Positions 47,323 to 57,698 of a stretch of 64,000 nt of DNA are shown piece by piece. The first letter of the stretch is position 1; every line of letters starts with the position of its first letter. The stretch is from NCBI GenBank assembly GCA_937907455.1, contig CALESQ010000082.1:10898-74897 (forward strand), written 5' to 3'. The stretch is from an uncultured Caldilineales bacterium (GTDB lineage: Bacteria; Chloroflexota; Anaerolineae; JAAEKA01). The position numbers and the translations under genes are program-made. The notes beneath the pieces were generated by a model, which searched no databases, was not told the DNA's origin, and saw only the letters and a list, made by a program, of their open reading frames with translations.

Positions 47323-47901
47323 ATGCGCGTCATTGCTGGCACAGCCAAAGGCCATCCCCTGCAAAGCGTCCCCGGCGACAGCACCCGCCCCATTGCCGAC
47401 CGGGTAAAGTCCGCGCTGTTCAGCATCTTGGAATCGCAGGATTTCATTCGCGGGCATCGTTGGCTTGATCTGTTCGGCGGCACCGGTGCGGTAGGCATCG
47501 AAGCACTCAGCCGCGGAGCCGCGGGCGTGGTTTTTGTGGAAAAAGATAGCCGCGCCGTGCAAACGCTGGGGCAAAACCTGCGCAGCACCGGCGTGGGCCA
47601 GGATGGGCGTTCGCATGTAGTGCGCGGCGACGCCTTTGCCTATCTGACACGGCCCGACCTGGTTCCGTTTGATCTGATCTACATCGCCCCGCCACAGTAC
47701 AAAAGCCTGTGGCAAAAAGCCCTGCAAATGGTAGATGCGCGGCCAGAACTGCTGACTGCACGCGGCCAAGTGGTGGTGCAGATCTTCCCCAAAGAGGATG
47801 ACCCTGCGTTGCCGCTGCTGCATTTACAGCGCTACGACCAGCGGCAATACGGCAGCACCAGCCTGATTTTCTACGAACCGCCCATCCCGCCATCCCCCTA
47901 A
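47323..47901 (+). CDS. rsmD: 16S rRNA (guanine966-N2)-methyltransferase
   Basis: MRVIAGTAKG...LDLFGGTGAVGIEALSRGA...DPPY-like motif IAPPQY. Confidence 0.8.
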   Translation: MRVIAGTAKGHPLQSVPGDSTRPIADRVKSALFSILESQDFIRGHRWLDLFGGTGAVGIEALSRGAAGVVFVEKDSRAVQTLGQNLRSTGVGQDGRSHVVRGDAFAYLTRPDLVPFDLIYIAPPQYKSLWQKALQMVDARPELLTARGQVVVQIFPKEDDPALPLLHLQRYDQRQYGSTSLIFYEPPIPPSP

Positions 47902-47921
47902 GACAAACAGGAGATATTGGC

Positions 47922-48332
47922 ATGGACCCCCGTATCAGCATTATTACCCTTGGTGTAACCGATCTGGCTCGCAGCACGGCTTTTTATCGCGAAGGGTTCG
48001 GCTTTCCCTATCTGGCAGAGAGCAGCAGCGACGACATCGCGTTCTTCGAGATAAACCGCGGCTCGCTGCGTCTGGCGCTATACCCGCGGGCCGCGCTGGC
48101 CGAAGATGCCACAGTGGCCGACGCGCCGTGCAGCTTCCCTGGCTTCACCCTGGCCCACAATCTGCGCACGACGGAAGAGGTGGATGCAGCCTTCGCGCAT
48201 CTGCTTGCCGCAGGTGCGCGGGCCATCAAGTCACCGCAAAGCGTATTCTGGGGCGGTTATTCATCGTATATTGCCGACCCCGACGGTTTCCTTTGGGAAA
48301 TTGCGCATAACCCCTTCTCGTGGATCGAATAA
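47922..48332 (+). CDS. VOC (glyoxalase/bleomycin resistance) family protein
   Basis: 136 aa with a paired beta-alpha-beta-beta-beta module pattern. Confidence 0.65.
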   Translation: MDPRISIITLGVTDLARSTAFYREGFGFPYLAESSSDDIAFFEINRGSLRLALYPRAALAEDATVADAPCSFPGFTLAHNLRTTEEVDAAFAHLLAAGARAIKSPQSVFWGGYSSYIADPDGFLWEIAHNPFSWIE

Positions 48333-48389
48333 ACGATTGCGCCTAGACACAAACCGGCCCGCTTGTAACAAGCGGGCCGGTTTGTGTTA

Positions 48390-49757
48390 TCAGTCACGGC
48401 GCTGCACAATCATCGGCAGGCCGCTGCGGGGCGAGGTGGTCACCTGGTGCAGCGGTTGGACGTTGGCACCCGGTGCCAGATACAACCGGTAGCGGCTGGC
48501 GATCAGTGCCAGCAGAAGCTGCGCCTCCATCAGCGCAAAATGGTTGCCGATGCAGATGCGCGGCCCTGCGCCAAAGGGCATGTAACCGTACTTGTCGAGC
48601 TTGACACCGGTTTCAGGGTCGAAACGGGCAGGATCGTACACCTCTGGCTGGCTCCAACGCCGCTCATCATGATGCAGCACGTAGGGCGAGATCAACACAA
48701 ACGTGCCCTGCTTGAGCGCATAACCACCCAGCGTTGTGTCCTGCGTCGCCACGCGCACCAGCATCGCCACGGTCGGCTGGATGCGCAGCGTTTCCTTGAT
48801 CACCATCAGCGTATAGGGCAGGTTGGGCAGGTCCTCCACAGTGGGCAGACGACCATCGGTCAGCACCGTGTCCAGTTCGTGTTCCAACGCCTGCAAAACC
48901 GCGGGATTTTGCGACAGGAAATAGAAAGCCCAGGTCAGCGTGTTGGCAGTCGTTTCGTGGCCCGCAAAGAACATCGTCAGGATGTTGTCACGCAGCAACT
49001 CATCGGACAAGCCCACACCATCGGCATCGCGCGCTTCCATCAGCACGGACAGCAGGTCGCTGCGGCCTGCCGTGCCAGTCGTGCGGCGCTCAGCCACAAA
49101 CTGATTGACCAGATCGGTCAACTGCGCGTTGATCTGCGCGGCTTTCTGATCGCGCTTGGTCAGCCACGCGGGCGCGGGCGAGGCCAGATCGTCCACGATG
49201 ATCTTTTGCGCGTCGTTGACGATCTGCTCGAACTGGGCGCTGCGTTCCACCGCGATGCCGAAAATCGCCTCGGCGATGATCCACATCGTCACCTGGGTCA
49301 TGTCCGCATGAATGTTGCGCTGCTCGCCGGGCTGCCAGCCCGCCACCAGCTTATCACCCATCGCAGTCATCGTTTCGGCATAGTGGGCGATCTGACCATG
49401 CTGCATCAGCGGCTGGATCAGCTTGCGCTGTGGCCGCCACTCGTCGTAGCCCGCGGTCAGAATGCCGTGGCCGAGGAAGCGGGCCAGGCCGCGCGTATCC
49501 TGAAACACCGCTTCCGGCTTGACAAATTCCTGGGCGCGCTCCAGCAGCACCTCGCGGATCAGCTCGGGGTCGCTGACGAGGCAGAAGGAGCGTTTCATTG
49601 CTTTGAACTGCACCAGATCGCCATACTCGCGCTGTGCTTGTTGTAAAAAGTCAACAGAAACGCTGTTGTGCGACACAAATTGAAAAGCGCTGCCCACAAT
49701 CGGCATGCCGGGCACAGTCGGAGGAAGGGAAGCGGTTGGTTTTGTAGTTGCGATCAT
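48390..49757 (-). CDS. cytochrome P450
   Basis: Heme loop FGAGPRICIGNHFA; ETLR (K-helix) motif. Confidence 0.85.
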   Translation of the reverse strand: MIATTKPTASLPPTVPGMPIVGSAFQFVSHNSVSVDFLQQAQREYGDLVQFKAMKRSFCLVSDPELIREVLLERAQEFVKPEAVFQDTRGLARFLGHGILTAGYDEWRPQRKLIQPLMQHGQIAHYAETMTAMGDKLVAGWQPGEQRNIHADMTQVTMWIIAEAIFGIAVERSAQFEQIVNDAQKIIVDDLASPAPAWLTKRDQKAAQINAQLTDLVNQFVAERRTTGTAGRSDLLSVLMEARDADGVGLSDELLRDNILTMFFAGHETTANTLTWAFYFLSQNPAVLQALEHELDTVLTDGRLPTVEDLPNLPYTLMVIKETLRIQPTVAMLVRVATQDTTLGGYALKQGTFVLISPYVLHHDERRWSQPEVYDPARFDPETGVKLDKYGYMPFGAGPRICIGNHFALMEAQLLLALIASRYRLYLAPGANVQPLHQVTTSPRSGLPMIVQRRD

Positions 49758-49947
49758 GTGAACCTGCCTGTTGTCTTATTCAAAATTATCTTGTTTATCG
49801 AAATCAAATAGATGTTGATTTTTGTTGATAATTGTATTATACTCTGGAGAGTTGCGCCGTCAATCAGCAATTATTTTCGCTTTGTACAAAATCAGACAGC
49901 GCGCCGTAATCTGTTTGACTTTGTTACATGAGCTGCCGGAGGTTGTG

Positions 49948-50526
49948 ATGGGTGAAAAAGCCGAGTACAAAAGCGCGATTCGGTCGCGCCGTTTGATCCG
50001 CCAGGCATTTGTTGAGCTGGTACAGGAAAGGCCAATCGAAAAGATCACCGTGACCGACATCGTCACGCGCGCCGACATCAACCGCGGCACGTTTTACGCG
50101 CATTACGCGGATACGCGCGCGGTGGTCGAGCAGATCGAAAACGAAATCATCGCCAAGATGCTGGAATTTTTGGGCGAATTTCGCTATAAAAATTTCTTTC
50201 AGAACCCGCTGCCCCTGCTGCTGAAGATTTCGCGCTATTTGCAAGACGATCTGGAATTCTACCGTATCCTGATCAATGCGCACGGCTCGGAGCAGTTTTT
50301 GACCAAGCTGAAAAACATCTTTGTGCGTCACATGGAAACCAGCAGCGACGTACCCGCGCCGCTCAGGCAGGCCCCGGCTTTTCTGATCCGCGTGCATTTC
50401 TTCGCCGGTGGACTGGTGAACCTGTATCAGGTCTGGTTCCGCGCGGATTTGCCCGTGTCGCTGGATGAGATCGCGCACGAGGTAAGCAAACTGATGACGG
50501 GCGAAGGCAGGCTGGCTGCAGGCTGA
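49948..50526 (+). CDS. TetR/AcrR family transcriptional regulator (divergent from the P450)
   Basis: N-terminal HTH ITVTDIVTRADINRGTFYAHY; GGAGG RBS before the ATG at 49948; AT-rich divergent intergenic region. Confidence 0.8.
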   Translation: MGEKAEYKSAIRSRRLIRQAFVELVQERPIEKITVTDIVTRADINRGTFYAHYADTRAVVEQIENEIIAKMLEFLGEFRYKNFFQNPLPLLLKISRYLQDDLEFYRILINAHGSEQFLTKLKNIFVRHMETSSDVPAPLRQAPAFLIRVHFFAGGLVNLYQVWFRADLPVSLDEIAHEVSKLMTGEGRLAAG

Positions 50527-50650
50527 TGTGGGCGCAGCCGCGCGCCAGCTCGTTTTTGTTCTTGACACCCACACCCAGCGATTTTATACTGCACGCTCCG
50601 GCTTCTGGAAGCCGACGCCAGCATTTTTTTCTCAAAAGGACGATGAACGC

Positions 50651-51214
50651 ATGAACAGCCATCAGAACTTGTCACCGGAACAGCGCGACGCATTGCTCGC
50701 CACGCTGCAAGCCCGTTTCGAGAAGAATAAACAACGCCATGCGGGTCTGGCGTGGAGCGATGTCCAGGCCCGGCTCGCCGCTGATGCAGCAAAGCTGTGG
50801 TCGCTCAGTGAAATGGAACGAACCGGCGGTGAGCCGGATGTGATCGGACAGGACGATCAGACGGGGGCGTATCTGTTTTGCGACTGCGCGGCGGAAAGCC
50901 CCAAGGGTCGCCGCAGCCTGTGTTACGACCGCGCCGCGCTCGATGCCAGGAAAGAATACAAGCCGGAAGATAGCGCGGTGGATATGGCCGCGGCGATGGG
51001 GATTGAGCTGTTGACCGAAGCGCACTATCGCGCCCTGCAAACGCTGGGCAAGTTTGATCTGAAGACGTCGAGCTGGGTCGCCACCCCCGCGGCGATTCGG
51101 GAACTCGGTGGTGCGGTTTTCTGTGACCGCCGCTACGACACAGTTTTCCTCTACCACAACGGCGCCGAGTCGTACTATGCCGCGCGCGGCTTCCGCGGCT
51201 TGCTGCGCGTCTGA
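50651..51214 (+). CDS. DUF4256 domain protein
   Basis: 187 aa from MNSHQNLSPEQRDALLATLQARFEKNKQRH; AAGGA RBS. Confidence 0.55.
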   Translation: MNSHQNLSPEQRDALLATLQARFEKNKQRHAGLAWSDVQARLAADAAKLWSLSEMERTGGEPDVIGQDDQTGAYLFCDCAAESPKGRRSLCYDRAALDARKEYKPEDSAVDMAAAMGIELLTEAHYRALQTLGKFDLKTSSWVATPAAIRELGGAVFCDRRYDTVFLYHNGAESYYAARGFRGLLRV

Positions 51215-51240
51215 CATTGCACACCACCCATTAACCGAAC

Positions 51241-52080
51241 ATGCGCAGCGATCACCCTCTCTTCAAGCAATACCCGGTGGACAGCCAGGTGCTTATCGCA
51301 GGCGAACATTGTCCCAGCCCTTATCACATCTACGATGGTTCGATTCTGTTCATCGGTGGCACGGTGGCTGGTACGACAGCGCGCCAGCTTCTGGCTAACG
51401 AGCGGCTCGCCCCCATCATGGATCAAAATGATCGGGCACTGGCCGCGCTTTGGGTCTGCGATTTCACCGAGGCTAATCTGGGGCCGCATCACGAACTACA
51501 AATCTCCCTGTTCGCCTCCGTTGATCCCGTGCCACCGGTGCGCGCCCATCCGTTTGCCATCCATCGGACGCTGGTCAACGACCGCGCAACGCGCATGGTG
51601 TGTCACGGGCTTTGGAACAATACCGCCAAAGTGGTGGGCTACAACACTCAACATCTCGGCTTGAACGCGCGTCGGGGCCACAGCGACATCACGCGGGGCC
51701 GCGGGCGCTGGCAGTTCCGGGTGAGCGACGACAACGGGCTGGTAGCAACCGGCGATCTGGCGCTGCCGGCGCGGGCTGCGCCGGTGCAACTGGCAGCGAT
51801 GATGCAGCATATCGGCGTCAAGGGCCTGCTTCGCTCCCTGCGCACGCCCTACGTCCACGTACCTGTGGTCAATACGCGCAACCGCTTTGCCGACGATAAC
51901 CGGGTGGCGCATACCTATACCCGAAACGATAACCAGGTCATTCGACGGTTCACCGCGCAGGATCAGCTTTCAATTCACTACCCGCAAGCGGCGGTGCTGG
52001 ATTTCGCGCCGGACTTTGTCCAGCACAACGAGGGCGTGCGCTTTGTCTATCTGCGACCAGAGCCGGAAGGCCCGGCTTGA
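51241..52080 (+). CDS. hypothetical protein (possibly acetoacetate decarboxylase-like fold)
   Basis: 279-aa ORF with coding-like composition; no firm motif. Confidence 0.35.
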   Translation: MRSDHPLFKQYPVDSQVLIAGEHCPSPYHIYDGSILFIGGTVAGTTARQLLANERLAPIMDQNDRALAALWVCDFTEANLGPHHELQISLFASVDPVPPVRAHPFAIHRTLVNDRATRMVCHGLWNNTAKVVGYNTQHLGLNARRGHSDITRGRGRWQFRVSDDNGLVATGDLALPARAAPVQLAAMMQHIGVKGLLRSLRTPYVHVPVVNTRNRFADDNRVAHTYTRNDNQVIRRFTAQDQLSIHYPQAAVLDFAPDFVQHNEGVRFVYLRPEPEGPA

Positions 52081-52179
52081 GCGGTCAACCAACAGCGCTG
52101 CTGCTATCTTATCCACGTCTGTAGTCGGGGGGCATCGTGCTTTGGGCACGCGCGGGCCGCGCCCGCGTCCTGAAACTTG

Positions 52180-52344
52180 GGTTGTGTATGGATTTCGGTT
52201 GAAATGTGTTGCCACCGAATCGAATTCGGTGTCTCAAGCCACGAAGCCCCTGTCGGGGCTTTCGGAGAGCGCCTGAGTGCGCTTCGTTCTTTAAGCCGGA
52301 ACCATTGATTGTCCGGCTCTTATAATTCAACCGAAAGTCGCACA
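52180..52344 (+). mobile_element. MITE-like element, copy 2 (flanked by the 8-bp direct repeat GAAACTTG)
   Basis: gaaacttg at 52172-52179 and again immediately after the element; internal hairpins (accgaatcgaattcggt, gaagcccctgtcggggcttc, agccggaaccattgattgtccggct); lies 260 nt upstream of ccr. Confidence 0.6.
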
Positions 52345-52606
52345 TTATCGAAACTTGCCAAAAGCGCCCGCTTATGACACAATGCGTCATGACGTTAATC
52401 TGGTAACGTTCCGCTTTTTTTGGGTAGGTGATTGTCATGCAACCGTGGGCCTCGACGATGATAGCCCAGTCTGCTTGCGCGGCGCACAGGCGCTTTTTTT
52501 CGCCTGCACTGATTGATCGCGCCCTTCCCCTGCCTGCTTGCTCCCTTTCCGCTTCCCATTATTTTCCCCCCGTAAACCTGATACTGTGCGCAAGGAGGCC
52601 ACAACG

Positions 52607-54880
52607 ATGAGCGAACTCAAGGAATTATATGCCGTTGGCGAACAGCCACCGGTAGGCCATGTACCGCCTCAGATGTATGCCTGGATGGTGCGCCCGGAAC
52701 GCTTTGGCGAGCCGACTAAGGCCTGGCAGGTCGAAGTGATTGACACGCCGGAGCCTGCCGACGACGAAGTCCTCGTGTATGTGATGGCCGCGGGCGTCAA
52801 CTACAACAATGTTTGGGCTGGCCTGGGCATTCCGGTGGACGTCATCGGCGCGCGCAACAAGGCCGGCGAGCCGGAGCGCTTCCACATCGGCGGCAGCGAC
52901 GCCAGCGGCATTGTTTACAAAGTTGGCAAGGATGTCACCACCCACAAGGTCGGCGACGAGGTGGTCATCCACTGCGGCACCTGGAGCCGCGACGATCCCT
53001 GGGTCAAGGCGGGCGAAGACCCGATGTACAGCCCAACCTTCCGTATTTGGGGCTATGAAACCAACTGGGGCAGCTTTGCGCAGTTCACCAGGGTGCAGGC
53101 GCACCAGTGCCTGCCGCGCCCCCAGCACCTCACCTGGGAGCAATCCGCAGCCTATATGCTGGTAGGCGCGACCGCCTACCGCATGTTATACGGCTGGGCC
53201 GAACACGCCCTGCGCAAGGATGACATCGTGCTGATCTGGGGCGGCGCGGGTGGTCTCGGCTCGATGGCGATTCAGATCGTCAAGGCCGCAGGCGGCAAGG
53301 CCATCGCCGTGGTCAGCGAAGATGACAAGTTCGACTACTGCAAGAACCTCGGCGCAGTAGGCTGCATCAACCGCAAGAATTTCAACCATTGGGGCATGTT
53401 GCCACACTGGAAAGACACCGTCGGCTACAACGAATGGCTAAAGGGCGTGCGCGGCTTCGGCAAGGCTATTTGGGACGTGCTGGGCGAGCGCAAAAGCCCG
53501 CGTATCGTCTTTGAACACCCCGGCGAGACCACCATCCCCACCTCGATCTTTGTCTGCGACACCGGCGGTACGGTGGTGATCTGTGCCGGCACCACCGGCT
53601 ACAACGCCACGGTAGACCTGCGCTACCTGTGGATGCGCCAGAAACGGCTGCAAGGCTCACATTTTGCCAACGACGAGCAATCCAAGGGCTTCAACGATCT
53701 GGTGCTGGCTGGCAAGGCCGATCCGTGCATGTCGCGTGCCTTCACCTGGGACGAATTGCCCTTCTCGCATCAACTGATGTACGAGAACAAGCATCCCTTC
53801 GGCAATATGTCTATTCTCATCGGCGCGCCCGATTTTGGCCTGGGCATTCACAAACCCGAACCTGCGGGCGCGGTACATGTGGAAGCACCCGCCGAGCCGC
53901 GTGCCGCCGAGAACTTCTATCGTGCGCCGCTGCATCCTGTAGATGAAGCCAAACCGGAAACCGCCGTGGTTGAAGACACCCGCCTGGTGCGCGAGATGAT
54001 GCACTACGGCGTGATTGCCTGTTCGCTGGGCACGCCGATAGACGAAGTAGCCCAACGTATGAGCGACTATCATATACATGCTGTTGTGGTTACCGATGCC
54101 GAAGGCTATGCTGCGGGCATTGTATCACAAACCGATGTAGTGTTGGCGCGGCAAGGGCGCGCCAGCCAGGAACTGGCCGCTCTGACTGCCGGCGACGTGA
54201 TGAGTCGCCATGTGGTGAGCTGTACACCCGACACCACCATCTCTGAGGCCATCACCCTGATGACCCGCAACCATATTCACCGGCTGGTTGTGGCCGACAA
54301 GCGTGGTGCCAAACCGTGGCCGGTAGGAGTATTGAGCATGACCGATATTATCACTTATGGCATGCAAGCACCGCACAGCGGCGCACCTGCCATGTCGCTG
54401 CCGCCCTCACTGATGGCAAGCGACATCTACGAGCCTATGACCCTTGAACCCAGCCTGGAAGACCTGAGCGCGCTGCACGAAGCCAACACCGTGAGCGATA
54501 TCATGCACATCGGTGTGGTGAGCTGCCCCCGCTCCGCCTCGGTGATGGATGCCGCACGCAAAATGCTCGATCAGGGCATCCATGCCGTGGTGGTGGTAGC
54601 CGATGATGGTCACGCGGTGGGCGTGGTGTCGCAAACCGATGTAGTGCTGGCACGCCAAGGACGCACCGTAGAGCAGGCAGCAGCGCTTAGCGTGGGCGAT
54701 ATCATGACTCCCACACTGGTAAGCTGCACCCGCGACCGTGCCCTTTCCGAAGCCATCACTCTGATGACGCGCAACCGGGTACACCGCCTGGTAGTAGTGG
54801 AAGATCAGAACGGCAAGCTGATGCCGGTGGGCATTCTCAGCATGACCGACGTGATCCGCCAGTTCTTCAGCAAAAACTAA
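52607..54880 (+). CDS. ccr: crotonyl-CoA carboxylase/reductase fused to four C-terminal CBS domains
   Basis: N-terminal 440 aa match Ccr along the whole length ([122 protein letters not shown]). C-terminal 330 aa are two Bateman modules (four CBS repeats). AAGGAGG RBS 8 nt before the ATG at 52607. Confidence 0.8.
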   Translation: MSELKELYAVGEQPPVGHVPPQMYAWMVRPERFGEPTKAWQVEVIDTPEPADDEVLVYVMAAGVNYNNVWAGLGIPVDVIGARNKAGEPERFHIGGSDASGIVYKVGKDVTTHKVGDEVVIHCGTWSRDDPWVKAGEDPMYSPTFRIWGYETNWGSFAQFTRVQAHQCLPRPQHLTWEQSAAYMLVGATAYRMLYGWAEHALRKDDIVLIWGGAGGLGSMAIQIVKAAGGKAIAVVSEDDKFDYCKNLGAVGCINRKNFNHWGMLPHWKDTVGYNEWLKGVRGFGKAIWDVLGERKSPRIVFEHPGETTIPTSIFVCDTGGTVVICAGTTGYNATVDLRYLWMRQKRLQGSHFANDEQSKGFNDLVLAGKADPCMSRAFTWDELPFSHQLMYENKHPFGNMSILIGAPDFGLGIHKPEPAGAVHVEAPAEPRAAENFYRAPLHPVDEAKPETAVVEDTRLVREMMHYGVIACSLGTPIDEVAQRMSDYHIHAVVVTDAEGYAAGIVSQTDVVLARQGRASQELAALTAGDVMSRHVVSCTPDTTISEAITLMTRNHIHRLVVADKRGAKPWPVGVLSMTDIITYGMQAPHSGAPAMSLPPSLMASDIYEPMTLEPSLEDLSALHEANTVSDIMHIGVVSCPRSASVMDAARKMLDQGIHAVVVVADDGHAVGVVSQTDVVLARQGRTVEQAAALSVGDIMTPTLVSCTRDRALSEAITLMTRNRVHRLVVVEDQNGKLMPVGILSMTDVIRQFFSKN

Positions 54881-54897
54881 GCGAAGGAAAACTTGCC

Positions 54898-56067
54898 ATG
54901 ACAGTACTTACCGGTGAATACGAAACCGTACGACGCGAAGCGCGCAAATTCGCTGAAAAAGAAGTTGCGCCCATAGCCCATGACCTGTACAACGAAGGCA
55001 AAGAAATCCCGATGGAGATCATCAAGAAGATGGCCAACCTGGGCTACTTCGCGATGGCGATCCCGGAGGAATACGGCGGTCTGGGCATGGACACGCTGAC
55101 CATCACACTGGTCACCGAAGAATTGAGCCGCGTTTGGCTGTCGGTCGGTTCGGTGATGACCCGCATGTTGATCGCGGGCGGGCTGATCCTGAACGGCGGC
55201 ACGGAAGAGCAAAAGGAACGCTGGCTGCCCGGCATTGCCACGGGCGATGTGCTGCCCGCCGCAGCCTTCACCGAACCAAACGCCGGGTCGGACACCGCAG
55301 GTATGCAGTTGCGCGCGGTGAAGCAGGGCAACAAATACATTCTGAACGGCGCCAAAACCTGGATCACCTTCGCCAACCGCGCCAACCTGATGACCGTGCT
55401 GGCCCGCACCGATCCTGATGCAAGTAAACGGCACAAGGGCTTGTCCATGATCGCCGTGGAGAAGGCCCCCGGCAACGACTTTATGCCGCCGCACCTCACC
55501 GGCGCGCCCATTCCTACCATCGGCTACTACGGCATGAAATCGTTCAGCCTGAACTTCGAAGATTTTGAAGTGCCCGCGGAGAACGTCATCGGTGGCGTGG
55601 AGGGCAAAGGCTTCTACCAGCTCATGGGCGTGTACGAGACCGCCCGCATCCAGACCGCGGCCCGCGCCGTGGGTGTGGCGCAGGGCGCGTACGAGGCCGC
55701 GCTGCAATACGCGCAGGAGCGTGAGCAGTTTGGCCGCCCGCTGTCCGATTTCCAGGTGATCCAGCACAAGATCGCACACATGGCGACCGACATCGAGGCC
55801 GCGCGCCAGCTCACCTATTACGCCGCGCAGAAGAAAGATTCGGGCCAGCGCTCGGATTTGGAAGCGGGCATGGCTAAGCTGTTCGCCGCGGACATGGTGG
55901 AGAAAGTCACCAGCGACGCCTTGCAGATCTTCGGCGGCTACGGCTACGCCATGGAGTATCCGGCGCACCGCTTCTGGCGTGATGGCCGCATCTTCAAGAT
56001 ATTTGAAGGCACCAGCGAAATCCAGGCCGAAGTCGTCGCCAAGCGGCTTATCCCTGAGCGTAAGTAG
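54898..56067 (+). CDS. acyl-CoA dehydrogenase (short form; candidate methylsuccinyl-CoA or short/branched-chain acyl-CoA dehydrogenase)
   Basis: 389 aa; ACAD signatures (TEPNAGSD, catalytic region YGGYGYAMEYPAHRFWRDGRIFKIFEGTSEIQ). Confidence 0.85.
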   Translation: MTVLTGEYETVRREARKFAEKEVAPIAHDLYNEGKEIPMEIIKKMANLGYFAMAIPEEYGGLGMDTLTITLVTEELSRVWLSVGSVMTRMLIAGGLILNGGTEEQKERWLPGIATGDVLPAAAFTEPNAGSDTAGMQLRAVKQGNKYILNGAKTWITFANRANLMTVLARTDPDASKRHKGLSMIAVEKAPGNDFMPPHLTGAPIPTIGYYGMKSFSLNFEDFEVPAENVIGGVEGKGFYQLMGVYETARIQTAARAVGVAQGAYEAALQYAQEREQFGRPLSDFQVIQHKIAHMATDIEAARQLTYYAAQKKDSGQRSDLEAGMAKLFAADMVEKVTSDALQIFGGYGYAMEYPAHRFWRDGRIFKIFEGTSEIQAEVVAKRLIPERK

Positions 56068-56071
56068 TCCA

Positions 56072-56104
56072 GCGTAAGGAGTAAGGAGACGTTTTTGCCT
56101 CCTT
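56072..56104 (+). other. stem-loop ggagtaaggag-acgtttttg-cctccttactcc immediately after the ACAD stop
   Basis: Seen directly; possible intra-operon attenuator or terminator. Confidence 0.3.
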
Positions 56105-56146
56105 ACTCCTCGCTTCTCACTACTTACTGTGTAATCGGAGACCCTT

Positions 56147-57598
56147 ATGAACCTAACCTTCACCCCCGAAAGCATCGCCGGTGTAGTCCAAAACATTGAA
56201 GCTGCCAACGAAGGCTTCCGCGCGCTCTATCCCGGCGACGTGACCACACGCCAACCGGTACACACCGTCTACGGCGGCGCGCATTTGTTCAAATCTGACA
56301 CGGCCAGCAAGCTGGGCGGCATCGCCCTGCGCAACATGGACGCCTACGCGCCCAACTTCGTTGCCTTCGCCAAGGCGCTGGGCCTGCCCGGCGCGGCTGC
56401 GCTGCCCGACACCACCGCGGATGTCGAGCATCTGGCGCAGATCATCGCCAAAGACCCGGAAGCGGCCAGCTTCAGCCACGAACCGGCCTGGATGGCCTAC
56501 ACCGTCTACCAGCGCGTGCGCGAAAAGCTGCAACGCGAGCCGGTGGAAGATTACCGCGTCGACTTTGAAGACGGCTACGGCAACCGCCCGGACGAGGAAG
56601 AAGACATACACGCGGTCAACGTCGGCAAGGAACTGGCCGCAGGCATCGAAAACGGCAAGCTGCCGCCCTTCATCGGCATCCGCATCAAGCCGTTCACGCT
56701 GGAAAGCTACCGGCGGGCCGTGCGCACCCTCGACCTGTGCATTACCACGCTGGCGCAGGCCAGCGGCGGCAAAGTGCCCGCCAACTTCGTCATCACCCTG
56801 CCCAAAGTGACGATGCCAGAGCAGGTCACCGCGCTGGCCGATCTGGTGGATCAACTGGAAGCGAAAAACGGCATCCAGCCGGGTGCAATCGGCCTCGACC
56901 TGATGATCGAAACACCGCAGGCGATCATTGACGACACCGGTGCAAACACGGTCAGCCTGCTCGTGCGGGCGGGCCGCGGGCGCGTGCGCTATTGCGCGTA
57001 TGGAACCTACGACTACACCGCGCTGGTCAACATCACGGCGCACTATCAGACGCACACCCACCCCGCGGCGGATTTTGCCCGCCACGTCATGCAGGTGAGC
57101 CTGGCCGGTACGGGCGTCAGCATCAGCGACGGCGCCACCACCATTATGCCCATTGGCCCGCACCGCGCCACCAAGGAAACGCCCTTGACCGCGCAGCAGG
57201 AAGCGGAAAATATGGCTGTGGTGCAGGCGGCTTGGAAGCTGCACTACAACAACGTGCGCCACTCGCTGCGCCACGCCTTCTACCAGGGCTGGGACCTGAA
57301 CCCGGCACAGTTGCCGGTGCGCTACGCCGCCGTCTACACCTTCTTTCTGGAAAGCCTGGATGATGCCAGCAAGCGGCTCAACCGCTTTGTGGATGCGGCC
57401 GCGCAAGCTACGCTCAGCGGCAACATGTTCGACGACGCAGCTACCGGCCAGGGCTTGCTGAACTTCTACCTGCGCGGCATTGCCTGCGGTGCGATCACCG
57501 AGGAAGAAGCCACCTCCACCGGCGTCACGCTGGAAGAGTTGCGCGGCCGCTCGTTCGTGAAGATCGTGCAGAACCGGGCGTATAAAAAGACGCTGTAA
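56147..57598 (+). CDS. HpcH/HpaI aldolase / citrate-lyase-beta (CitE) superfamily protein, malyl-CoA lyase-like, unusually long (483 aa)
   Basis: DFEDGYG (equivalent to DLEDsV), IGIRIKP, LDLMIETPQAI and AYGTYDYTALVNI match CitE/malyl-CoA lyase catalytic motifs; GGAG RBS. Confidence 0.5.
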   Translation: MNLTFTPESIAGVVQNIEAANEGFRALYPGDVTTRQPVHTVYGGAHLFKSDTASKLGGIALRNMDAYAPNFVAFAKALGLPGAAALPDTTADVEHLAQIIAKDPEAASFSHEPAWMAYTVYQRVREKLQREPVEDYRVDFEDGYGNRPDEEEDIHAVNVGKELAAGIENGKLPPFIGIRIKPFTLESYRRAVRTLDLCITTLAQASGGKVPANFVITLPKVTMPEQVTALADLVDQLEAKNGIQPGAIGLDLMIETPQAIIDDTGANTVSLLVRAGRGRVRYCAYGTYDYTALVNITAHYQTHTHPAADFARHVMQVSLAGTGVSISDGATTIMPIGPHRATKETPLTAQQEAENMAVVQAAWKLHYNNVRHSLRHAFYQGWDLNPAQLPVRYAAVYTFFLESLDDASKRLNRFVDAAAQATLSGNMFDDAATGQGLLNFYLRGIACGAITEEEATSTGVTLEELRGRSFVKIVQNRAYKKTL

Positions 57599-57698
57599 GT
57601 AATGCGTAACTCGTAACCGGATTTGATAGCTTTGGCTGCAAGGTTGTCAGACTCTGGATTATGAGGTACGAGTTACGTGCCATGTTTGGGAGTTTTCT

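Noticed and set aside
52109-52438. 109-aa minus-strand ORF and its paralogue at 18889-19146
   Set aside because: Both exist only because they span the two MITE copies; the shared peptide comes from the repeat.
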